DNA of 63,954 nucleotides, filler included, from Octopus bimaculoides (lineage: Eukaryota): the NCBI RefSeq assembly GCF_001194135.2. It is 7 parts of 6 records of this genome, joined end to end, with 100 filler letters (N's around TTAATTAATTAA, not from the genome) between each part and the next. Parts side by side here need not be neighbours in the genome. Positions count along the whole stretch, not along the records: positions 49,139 to 59,453 come from NC_068996.1; positions 59,554 to 61,859 come from NC_068983.1; positions 61,960 to 63,954 come from NC_068995.1; 4 more parts are not named here. One strand, written 5' to 3'. Each line of letters starts with the position of its first letter. Within the stretch, counting starts at the first letter, position 1. The notes under the pieces are model-generated. The model did no database searches. It saw nothing but the letters and a program-made list of their open reading frames with translations, and had not been told where the DNA came from. Below, one piece after another: positions 52,637-63,954 of this stretch. Made by a program: the position numbers and the translations under genes.

Positions 52637-52920
52637 ACTATATCTGTTCATAAATTGTATGCATGAGTTTTGTTTTGCCATCAGTTAAATTAGGTTCAAA
52701 TTGCTGATAATTGCACGTGACATATAAAACCGAAATAATGTTTCTTCTTCGTGGTTAAATTACCGGTTTATAGCGTTTAACAAGAAATGTTTGTCAAGTG
52801 TTTTGAAGGTTTTATCATGTTATTGAATTGAATTTAGTGAAGGAAACGAAACGAATCAATTAATCATCAACTGACTTGAAATTCTTCTCAAGTGAAATAG
52901 AAAAATAGCAAAATTTAAGA

Positions 52921-53280
52921 TGCAAGTATGGATGTGTGATTAAGGAATTCATTTTATAACCACGTGATTTGAGGCTCAGTCTCACTTGTGCTGCAATTTG
53001 GTTAAGTGTGTTCTACTATTGCTCCGGGCCAACCAATGCCTTTGAATAAATTTGATCGACACAAACAGTGAGTAACCCCTTCGGAATTATCCTTATGTGT
53101 GTGTGTCCCCTTTTTGTGTTTGTCCCCTTTTTTGTGTTTGTCCCCTTTGTTGTGTTTGTCTCCTTCCTACTACTTTAAGAGTGCTGTTGGCATGTTTACG
53201 ACCGTAACTTAGCGAATCAACAAATGAAACAATAAAATAAGTACCAGACTTAAGAAATGATTACTGGTGTAGGTTTGTCA
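52921..53280 (+). mobile_element. SINE family A, diverged, with internal 17-18 bp tandem repeat
   Basis: GTGTGTTCTACTATTGCTCCGGGCCAACCAATGCCTT..; (TGTCCCCTTTTTGTGTT)-like units. Confidence 0.7.
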
Positions 53281-54057
53281 AAGTGAAAAAAGTTGCCACG
53301 TTGTAAGATCCAACTTGAATCTTTGTGATATGTATAGCAAACATCATAATCACTTAGTCAATTCCTTCTTGCTCATTTGAATGTCTTCTGTAAAATATAT
53401 GGGATTAGAAATTCTATTCCGAAAAGTATGTGCAGTAGTATTGTACTCAGTTTTGCTTGAGCTATTTTTGTCTCAGAAAACAAAAAAATCCTGTTTCTAA
53501 TTTGGAGAGGGAGGACCAAAACCAGAATTCGTTCCCAAATCGTATCAATTCCTAGAATACTAATTGAGTGATATTTTATATAATATATAAATCGCAAGGA
53601 ATATTTGCCAGAAAAAAATTGGTTCACTTTCGACAGTTCTATAATGTTTGATTGTCGGCCAAGTTATATATTTAAACTGATGAAAAATTTCTATAGGTGT
53701 AAATCTTGTGATTATGTTCCGAAAAGGTCATGTTTTATGTATAATATAAAATTAGCATCGTATGTATACACACAGGAACTTCTACCCGCTGCTTGGATCA
53801 ACAGCTATTTTTCTATGATATTATTCATGAGGTAAAATGAAATGTAATCGGTTTAATTAATTTTTTTTTATATATATATTAAGTATATTTGTGAGATCAT
53901 ATTTAAAAGAAATATTCTTCTGATGTTAGAGAAAATTTGTTATACTCAATAATCTCTTTTATTCAATATTCTTACACAAACAACTATATAACTCTTTTCA
54001 CTACCAAAATTTGTTAATGATACGTAAGAAAAACATAGTGAGATCGACGAAACTTAA

Positions 54058-54330
54058 TGATCATCATCATCATAACCTGTTTAGATTCATGGGGAAAGTA
54101 GGTTTTCCATAACAGTTTTTAACACGTTTTATCTTGTATCGTTTACTGTGGGTTTATGTCACCTTAGTTTCTCTTTAATTTCTTTTCTGCCTCAGAAGGT
54201 TTGGTTACCCAACCTTCCTGTTCTTCTGAAGGTATTGTCCGAAAGATTGCCCTACACAATATCCCTCCGGACTTCATGAATTCCATACAAGTAGTAAACA
54301 AACGTTTTTCTTGTAGGTAGTAAGAAAATA
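54058..54330 (-). mobile_element. Probable RTE LINE relic
   Basis: EFMKSGGILCRAIFRTIPSEEQEGWVTK resembles the RTE K.GG..LF..IP.EW.EG motif; (ATC)n tail at 54058. Confidence 0.45.
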
Positions 54331-55356
54331 TCAGCGATGGTGGGTATCCAGAAGTTTGCGATGCAAAGGGTAATGGCTTAAAGCCAAATGTATGGTATAG
54401 ATTATTGAAGTTAAAACATATCAGATCGGGCTGGAGGATGAGGGACAGGTAAATCAAAATGAATTCGGTGAGGATTGTTACTCAAATCGTTAGATTTCAC
54501 ACCAATAAGGATGGTTGTAAGAGAGACATAAATGAAGAGAAGCACAATATTCAATGAGCAAGGGCCTCTTCTTCCCCTTCTTTGTTTTTCATCCTTTCGG
54601 GGTCAATAAATTAATTACCAGTCGATGTAATTAACTTTTCCCCCTCCCCCCAAATTGCTGGCATTGTGCCTATAATAGAAAAGATCATTATTATTTGTTA
54701 TACCTGTTGTTATTATTTGGTGTATGCGTTATGTATGTAGAAAATGCTCCATTATCAGCATGCAGTCATAAATCCAGTATAAGGCTATTTGTAGTGTCAA
54801 TAGTTGCTCTATAGCTTGTTGATGTTTGATCCTCAATTTAAGACCTAGCTTTAGAAACGTAATTTTATCAAATTATGAGACCTAAAATTTCAAAGAGATT
54901 TAGTTGTTGATTGTTCATGAGGTGTGAAGATGTAGACTGGGTTTTGTTTTTGTTTTCTTAAATATTGCTATGAGAGTCGATAGTGATTTTCCCTTGTTAA
55001 TGTGCATATGGTATGTCAAAAACAAAAAAATTGAAGTGAAGTGCTAAGAAATTTTCATATATTTTGTACATTGGAAGCGAGAGTAAGAAGATCATAGTTG
55101 GTCAGTAAGAAGACGCGGAGACGATCAACGCTAATGATGACTGCTTTGTTAGAACTAACAATAATTGCAGAGTTCAGAATAGAAGTGTAATGTATTCCCT
55201 TTCAAGACTTTAGACAACGTGACGTAGACAGACTGACACAATTAATGATCACAAGAAATATAAGCCTTTATTTGTTTGTCTATTTATTTGTTTACTTATC
55301 TATTCATCTGTCTTGTCTGTCTCTCTGCCTGTCTGTTTAACTATCTGTCTGTTTAA

Positions 55357-55492
<136 letters not shown>

Positions 55493-55670
55493 ATATATAT
55501 ATNNNNNNNNNNNNNNNNNNNNNNNNNNNNNNNNNNNNNNNNNNNNNNNNNNNNNNNNNNNNNNNNNNNNNNNNNNNNNNNNNNNNNNNNNNNNNNNNNN
55601 NNNNNNNNNNNNNNNNNNNNNNNNNNNNNNNNNNNNNNNNNNNNNNNNNNNNNNNNNNNNNNNNNNNNNN

Positions 55671-55704
<34 letters not shown>

Positions 55705-55747
55705 CTACACACCTATGTATGTGCTTGTTCGTGTTTGTGTGTGTATT

Positions 55748-55779
<32 letters not shown>

Positions 55780-56552
55780 AGTGTGTGTATCGTAATATGG
55801 ACATTGAATTTTCGCTTCGGCTTGCTTTGAAACGGATAAATAGTTATACATAATTGTAAACACACACACACACACACACGCACGCACACACACATACACA
55901 CAAGCACACACACACATTAATTTAGAATTAAGGAGAATAAGGAAAGTGGTTTGTGGAGTGGACAGGATTAAAGTAAAATAATAATTGAAGAAAACATAGA
56001 AACAAACACTAACGGGAAGAAACTTATATTAAACTATATTTATGACGGCAAGTTAAAAGCGATGGCTCAGCTACGTTGGACTGAAGAAGTTTAATTTATA
56101 TGATGGAAGATAAAAAGCTATATTTATATTTAAAGATTGGAATTATAGTGTTAGATTTATTATGACAGAGATATAGCCGGTGTTGCTATAATGATTAATT
56201 AATATTCTGTTCAAACCGTATATCAGTCCATATTTTATATAATTATTGGATCAGCGATACATTATATTAATTAAGGCTTTTAAAATTTATTATCTGTATT
56301 TTTGAGGATAATATAAATACAAATGATCATCATTATGTATATTACTGTGATATATTATTTACTAATATAAAGGAGGAACAATGACTTGTAATGTTTAATA
56401 TATAATAAATTTCTTTAAATACTTATTGCAAATCGTGTATGAATAATAACATAAGTGTCATATTACATGCACCATTGAAAGTATACAATAGCTATTGCAA
56501 CAGTTTTTAGGAATTCAAATGAGTATTAAATAAAGCATGGCTATGAACGCAT

Positions 56553-56730
56553 GCGTGGCTGTCAGGTAAAAAGTTTGCTGCGCGGCAGCTTGAGCAAGTG
56601 TCTTATACTATAGCTACGGGTCAACGGAAACCTTGGGAATAGATTTATTAAACGGAAACTGAAAGAAGCACGTCGTATATATAAATGTGCGGGCGTGTGT
56701 GTGTGTGTTTGTCCCCCACCATCGCTTCAC
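56553..56730 (+). mobile_element. SINE family A, partial
   Basis: GCGTGGCTGT..GCAAGTGTCTT..ACGGAAACTGAAAGAAGC..CCCCACCATCGCTT. Confidence 0.75.
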
Positions 56731-57039
56731 ATATAAAAACAGCTAACATAAAAGCGAGATAAACAAAGAATTATTTCAGATAAATAATAACGTTACTTTT
56801 GTTTTTATTTAGTATGAAACAAACTGCAAATGAGATTAAGACAATTTTTCGTGAATAAATTATTATATGAAAAAGGTTTTGTTGTGTAGGTCTTGGAATA
56901 TTTCCGATTTAATGCTCGGTATGTTTTGAAAAAATGTATACGCTCCAGCATGACCACAGCCGCATGTCTGAAACGAATAAAAGAATATACATCCAAAACG
57001 CCACCTTGTGGTGTCTTGGCTACATGTACAATTTTTTGA

Positions 57040-57290
57040 GTCTCGGCCATCTTCTTCAGCCACTATTCGTGGGAGGTCCGTGTGTGTAAAGTCTTCTGGC
57101 ACTCCTCCTTAGAGCCCTATCAATGTCATTTGACCTTCCGGCCGGTTTCAATTGAGACTATGATTATTATTCAACCACCTCTTTCTTGGTCTCCACCTAG
57201 ATCTCCTATCATTGGGCTCGACTTGAAGAATTCCTCTTGCGATTCTTTCCAGTGACGTTCTAATACTGGAGCTGTAACTTCTCAACGTAA
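57040..57290 (-). mobile_element. RTE LINE 3' end relic
   Basis: RIARGILQVEPNDRRSRWRPRKRWLNN resembles the RTE terminal R.RGRP.KRW motif. Confidence 0.5.
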
Positions 57291-57334
57291 TGTATTGTTA
57301 GTGTACAAAAATAGCAGATATAAATTTCACGCAT

Positions 57335-57530
57335 TTGCACAAGGCTAGCAATTTCCAGGGAGGTGTGGTGTAGGTCGATTACGCGAAGCTACTGTTCAAC
57401 TTGTACTTATTTTATCGATCCCCGGAAGGTAAAGTTGATCTCAGTAGAATTTGAACTGAGAATGCGAGGATGGACGGAATGCCGCTAAGTATTATTCACG
57501 GAGTCCTAAGGATTCTGCCACCTCGCCGAC
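57335..57530 (-). mobile_element. SINE family B
   Basis: TACTTATTTTATCGATCCC..AAAGTTGATCTC..TTTGAACT..GATTCTGCCACCTCGCC. Confidence 0.8.
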
Positions 57531-58306
57531 TGATATAAGTTTCACAGACAAAATAATGATTTCGAAGTAAGTGTAAAATCCCCAAATAATTTTTATTGCA
57601 CTAAAATTAATCGAGTTATTGTTTTAAATATCTGGCGGTAATTAGTTAACAATAAAATCGTTTAGCGTTATATACTCAAAAACAGGAAGAGATTTTATAA
57701 AAAAAATTATGAGATCACATTGAAACAAATAGTGAGAATTGTGTTTTAGAGTTTCCATTCAGTAAATATTTTAAATAGCACGAAGGTAAATATAAAATGT
57801 TTAAAATATTAAACAATAAAAATATAAATTTCTTATTAATATTACATGAAATATATATGTGGGGATTCTAAATATAATTTACAACAAACTATATGATAGT
57901 CGTAACAAAATATATAATAAAACATAACAACACTTACAATTTATGTGTGGATATGTATGTATGAGTACGTACATGCACATATATGTTTGTGTGTGTATGT
58001 GCAGACGTAATGAACGCAGGAGGTTTTATGTCTATGTATCGTGAGAATATAGTTGCGTGTATTTTTTACGTTTTATATTTTTCTACCAATTAGAGTAACT
58101 TCCCTTTTATTCAACGTTCTTTTTCATAGCGCCTATTGCCATTAATAGCCGACGTGAATGTATCGTAGCTCTTAACTCCGGCATTTGAAACTCCGAGTAC
58201 TATTATGACAACTTACTGATTATCCTAAATTATACATACTAATGAGCCTCTGCCTAATATCGAGGTCTCATTCTTTCCTTGTCATTTTTTAATTGTATAT
58301 ATATGT

Positions 58307-58510
58307 TCTTTTATTTGTTTCAGTCATTTGACTATGGCCATGCTGGAGTACAGCCTTTAGTCGAGCAAATTGACCCCAGGACTTATTCCTTGTAAACCTA
58401 ATACTTATTCTATTGGTCTCTTTTGCCGAACCGCTAATTTACGGGGATGTAAACACACCAGCATCGGTTGTCAAGCGATGGAGGGAGACAAATAGAGACA
58501 CACGCACACA

Positions 58511-58553
<43 letters not shown>

Positions 58554-58722
58554 TTATAGGGTGGGAATCTTTCAGTTTCTGTCTACCAAATTCAATCACA
58601 AAGCTCGGATCGGCCCGAGGCTGTATAGAAGACACTTGCCCAAAGTGCCATACAACGGGACTGAACCCTGAACCATGTGGCTGGTAAGCAAGCTAGTTAC
58701 CACACAGCTACTCCTGCGCCTA
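58307..58722 (-). mobile_element. SINE family A, full length
   Basis: Reverse complement of 193-600 architecture including head CTCCTGCGCCTAT and internal (CA)n. Confidence 0.88.
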
Positions 58723-58732
58723 TACATGTATA

Positions 58733-59313
58733 TATATTTTTATATATAACGTTGACCACTAACGTGGACATTTAATGTGCTAGAAATAGATCACATCTTG
58801 TGTCTACTAAGACCTACATTGTTTAGCTTCCTGGTAATAAATCGATATTAATTAATATATGATTTTTAACCCTATGTTTTAATCTGATTAACCATAACCA
58901 AGTTCTCAAACTGGATATATGCGACGCAGTAAATATTTTCTGCAGACATATTCCCGGAATTAGAGAGCCAAAACGAAGACTTTTGAATTTTACCATTAAG
59001 CTGTAATTAACAGAACCACATACATGTTCACCTATGACGGTGGGCAACTTTGTATAGGGTTCTGAGAGTTATGGTTACATTACAGATCAGGCTGAAGAGA
59101 AACAGACGTTCGGTAAGAGTGTTAATTTCGAAACTAGTTCCTGTTTTAATAATGATTTTTTTCGGTAATTTTAAATGTCTTACCCGCCTACGCTTTGGTA
59201 TTCCGCTGAATTTCGTTTTGAGAACAATTTAGGTCTTAGTAGACACAAGATGTGATCTATTTCTAGCACATTAAATGTCCACGTTAGTGGTCAACGTTAT
59301 ATATAAAAATATA
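58733..59313 (+). mobile_element. 581-bp non-coding element with 91-bp terminal inverted repeats and an internal hammerhead
   Basis: 58733-58823 is the reverse complement of 59223-59313 with one mismatch; TA-rich ends; no credible ORF. Confidence 0.8.
59088..59143 (+). ncRNA. Minimal type I hammerhead ribozyme, all core residues intact
   Basis: CAGG-CUGAAGA-GAAA[23 nt]UUUC-GAA-ACUAGU-U/CCUG: helix I CAGG:CCUG, helix II GAAA:UUUC with G10.1-C11.1, palindromic helix III. Confidence 0.78.
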
Positions 59314-59710
59314 CTTTAATCCCCTGAGATCGCAGATATTGTTTCTGAATCTCTTTTATTCTTTAAATGTGCTAGCTTCCTGGTAATAAATCGATATTAA
59401 TTAATATATGATTTTAACCCTATGTTTTAATCTGATTAACCATGTATATATATNNNNNNNNNNNNNNNNNNNNNNNNNNNNNNNNNNNNNNNNNNNNTTA
59501 ATTAATTAANNNNNNNNNNNNNNNNNNNNNNNNNNNNNNNNNNNNNNNNNNNNGTTTTCCTATGTGTTCGTTCCGTTGTCTGTAGTTCATTGTTCTAACG
59601 TCCTGTACCCTGATATGCATCTATATACACATGTAGATGTATGTACATATATGTGTATACATGCATATATATTCTTTGTATTATATATATATATATTCAT
59701 TCTATTACAC

Positions 59711-59762
<52 letters not shown>

Positions 59763-59855
59763 AAAAAAAGAGAGACAGGGGAGAGAGAGAGAAAGAGAGA
59801 GAGAGATAGAGAGAGAGAGAGAAAGAGAGAGAGAGATAGAGAGAGAGAGAGAAAG
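59711..59855. repeat. (GA)n-rich microsatellite
   Basis: Interrupted GA run. Confidence 0.95.
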
Positions 59856-60661
59856 AGAAGCATATCCATTTCTCTTCCTTTACCATTCGCAGATCTAACA
59901 GCTGATACACATGCCGAGTTAAAAGAGGGGAGAGGGAAATGGACCCACGAATCTTTTTCTAATAACCGTTTGAAACGGTTACACAAATCAAACAGAACCA
60001 AACATTATAACAGACGGAGATTTGGTTAATCCACCGCTCTTAGCCAAGATTACAGAATAATGAATGAATGAATGAATGAATGAATGAATGAATGTGTGAA
60101 TGAATGAACGGTAATAGTGATGATAGGAATGAAGATAGTTTTCATAGTGCTGTTGATGGCTATGGTGTTCCAGATACGTAACGTGGAATCGTAATCTTTA
60201 GATGACAGGACACGCTGTTTTTTTTCCCCTGCTTTTTCCCCTACCATTTTATTTTGATGTGTTTCATTGTTGGTTGTCTTTTTTCTTTTTATCTTGTCAA
60301 CACAGCATATCAAGTTTATTACCACATCTCCACAGTAAAAACACATTCCGGTAACAGGAAAGTCATTTAAACATATTAACGCTTGCCTTGTTAGTCTTCT
60401 ACTGCTGAACAACAATAAAATTGCTCTTAATATTGAAAATACATCGATTTCTCAATCAATATCTTGTGTCTGCAACATTTTTATTGGACTTATAAAGCTT
60501 CTCTGCAGATAGACATATCTATCTACACAACTAGCTTAGGGAAACATGTGAACAGAGTTTAAACAAGATTTATAGCAAATATTTTATGTATGAATGTGCG
60601 TGTGGCTAAGATACATGCATAGGTGGTGGTTGTATGTGTGTGAGTGTGTGTGTGTGTGTGT

Positions 60662-60711
<50 letters not shown>

Positions 60712-61808
60712 TGTATAATACATATATGTATTTATAAATTTATACATACATGCATACAAATATCTTTAACTATATTTGTATGTCAAAATATCTTGTATTG
60801 TAAATATATATACGGACAGTATATATAGGATATGTGTATATATACGCACATACATGTATACACACATCTACATGTGCATACATACATATATTTACACAAA
60901 TTTATGGAATAAAATATTTTGTATAATAAATATATATCTCATGATAATCGTTTAACGTCCGCTTTCCATGTTGGCATGGGTCGGATATATATATATATAT
61001 ATATATATAAACAGTACATAGTATATTGAATTATATATATGTAGAGAAAGAGAGAGAGAGAGAGAAAGAGAAATGAAATATAGCACATTATATTTTATAT
61101 ATACATATAGATAGTATATATAGTGTTATATTTATACACACACACATATACACACACTCGTATGCACACACACATATGGTATATAATGTTTTATATAATA
61201 CATACAAGCATACACATATGCAGAGTATATAATATATTGTACAGTTGTATATAACATAGAATATGGTATAATTATAAGTGTGTGTGTGTGTGTGTGTGTG
61301 TGTAGTATCTATGACCAGTCACACATGAGTACACAAGCAACATGTCATCTGTTGCATGGTCAGATCATCCACAGCTAAACTGTCTCCCCTACCAAGTTTG
61401 CCTGATCGAGGAAGGTTACCAGAAACCAAATGCAGCAGGACAGAAACAAGATCTATCCAAGGTTTGGATAAACCTAACATAGTATCAATGGCTATCTAGC
61501 AACACCATGAGGGTTTAGAGACTCCATGGGGAGTTAGTGCCTGTCAAGCTGTAAGACCAGTAGGAATGGGGCACATCTTACCTTTGGGCATGAAATGACT
61601 AAGAGAAGGTACCACTGAATTCATAGCTACACAGGGATTAAATTATGGTAGCTAGAGAGAGCAACCTTACTAAGGGAAAAAAAACCCCACCTTTAAGCAT
61701 AAACCCTCAGTACTTGTGAGTGGCAGTTGAAGTAAAGAATAAGGGTAGGGAAAGGGATCCTGAAAGAACTCAGACTCACACTGACTATCTTCATCTGAAA
61801 GAAAGCAT

Positions 61809-61857
<49 letters not shown>

Positions 61858-63089
61858 TANNNNNNNNNNNNNNNNNNNNNNNNNNNNNNNNNNNNNNNNN
61901 NNNTTAATTAATTAANNNNNNNNNNNNNNNNNNNNNNNNNNNNNNNNNNNNNNNNNNNNATATATATATATATATATATATATATATAACTCTTAGGGAG
62001 CCACAAACAAAAATTTAGGAATTTGGATAATTATGTTGGATGTATCGAATGCTTCACGTAATATATACTTAACTTATTGAAATTTTGCTGAGACAGAGAG
62101 GCTGAAAACAACAGCCTAACAGCAATTGGTAACGACTTTGAAGAATGGGCATTAATTTCAAGAAATTAAGAATAAATGTTTCAGTAGATTTACATGCTGG
62201 ACAAAAAAAAAGCCATTTGATTGTCAGTGATAGGCAGGGGACAACTTTCAGCACGTAATCCGGCCTAATTCAAGAATCATTTGCGAAGTACAGTAATATT
62301 ATATTTGCAGATTTATTTATCTTTTACATATACAAAAATATTTTAATGTTTAACATAATAAAACCAAAAGGTTTACTCGCATACTTAATTTTAGAAGTGG
62401 TCATTGGTTTAAATTTGGATAATTAATTTAAGAGAATCATAGTATAATAAAATGAAAATTAATCAATTACTAACCATTGATTAATAGTTTATTAGTTTAC
62501 ACTTTCGACCATCAATTATATGAGTTAATTGGGAGAGTAAAGCAAAGTAGGCTAAAGACTATATATTTGCCAGAATAGTCAGAGCTGTATAAATTGTAGG
62601 TTTTCATATCCAACCGCCTTTCTTCTATGCATCCAATACAATTTGTTCGCAGTATTCCTGATTACCTTTACTTGAAGTATAAATTTATCTGTGATGATAT
62701 AACCACATTAATTTTAAATTCAGCATAGTAAATATTCTAACCGAATGTCATTCTTTCCCGCAATTTTATAGGCTCTAAAACGCATATAGCGTAGATATAA
62801 TTTTATCAACCAATGTTCCAAACAGATTCAAAAGCAAAATAAGCTGAAATCTTTCAGAATTGACTTCAACATATTTTTATTTTACTCTGCTAGAAAATAG
62901 TGCTGATCTCATATTGGGTTGAAAATTAATTTTTTGACCAATACATGCAAACTGTTGGTGGTATGGTTCTCGACAAAATTTTGTGCTACATTTGTAACTA
63001 AATAGTTAAAAGAATGATTGTTTTAACTTTTTTGTTACAAATGTCGCACAAAATTTTGTAGGATAGGTAGTTATAGGAGGGCCCCAAGT

Positions 63090-63400
63090 AGAAATGCTAC
63101 CAAACCTGTTACAGTCATATGTCTGTAATGAGAAAGTGGTTATGCTCGAAACCGATTTGATGACCTGCATGCAGGTCCAGCCGCTTTTCAGGAATCATCA
63201 CGAAGCAAGAGATTTCTACTCAGCTCAGATGCAAGCTCTATCATTAACCTGTTTCCAGGCCAGAATCATATCTACCAAATTCTCCACCATAGTCTTCGAA
63301 CAGTTTTTCAGAGGTCTGCCTCACCCTTCTCAAGCTCCCATTGGTTTCCTCGGGGGCATACGTAATACACAAGAGTACCTTTCACCTACCATGACACCCT
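63090..63400 (-). mobile_element. Possible RTE LINE 3' relic
   Basis: GRPLKNCSKTMVENLVDMILAWKQ resembles the RTE terminal GRP..W motif; heavily decayed. Confidence 0.4.
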
Positions 63401-63954
63401 CATTCGTGCGTGCATTCGTGTGTGTGTGTGTGCGTGTAATAATAAGATAGAGTTTCTATTCGGTCATCCGACCAGTTTGAGTTGTTAGCCAAACAGCCTT
63501 CAAGTTACATGCTATCGCTTTAGAAATAAATGACCCATGAGAATAACGTGGTGCACCAAGAACCAAGGTGATCCCAGCTGGCCACACGCTAACTCCTGCA
63601 GGATCTAAGAGCTAAGTTAACAACACTAATAACTATTAATATGAGTTAAATCTATATCACATTGATCTGTAAGACTGAAAACTAATGTAGGACATTCGTC
63701 GTTTTGCTATGTTTTAAAGATATCTAGCGGTGTCAATTTATAATCCAAAGAATTTGAACCTCACCACTAAAGGATGATGAAACATAAAATAAGAGTAAGA
63801 GCAGTCTCGATGTTTGCAAAAGTTCGGTTTCATAACTTCTTGTTAACAGTGTATTAATATGACAGCGTACGAAATGTTGAATCGACACTTTCATATTAAG
63901 CCAGCTCAAACTACAAAATACACAGAATGATGGTGTGTATATATATATATATAT

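Noticed and set aside
54206-54318. Plus-strand exon candidate
   Set aside because: The opposite strand resembles an RTE relic with an (ATC)n tail nearby, which is the simpler explanation.

Overview
Gappy, AT-rich, microsatellite-dense animal genomic DNA. The SINE families and repeat landscape suggest an octopus (inference; no database search run). No intact host gene is recognisable: almost all track ORFs are microsatellite, N-gap or antisense artefacts. The window holds decayed mobile elements: three tRNA-derived SINE families, three Penelope-like elements (PLEs, one near full length with inverted pseudo-LTRs), a CsRn1-type Gypsy LTR element with a large internal deletion, RTE, R4/Dong-like and CR1/L2-like LINE fragments, mariner relics and a MITE. 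The main unexpected signal is a set of minimal type I hammerhead ribozyme (HHR) motifs. One has an intact core inside a non-coding 581-bp element with 91-bp inverted ends (59088-59143). Three short microsatellite-anchored elements show covarying helices (7377, 42151, 49750). One lies behind a GIY-YIG ORF (17960), and a pair with an about 105-nt helix II sits in the inverted pseudo-LTRs of the long PLE (651-785, 3747-3882). HHRs in PLEs are an established phenomenon; these particular families and architectures may be undescribed. All folds were derived by eye, and activity is untested.
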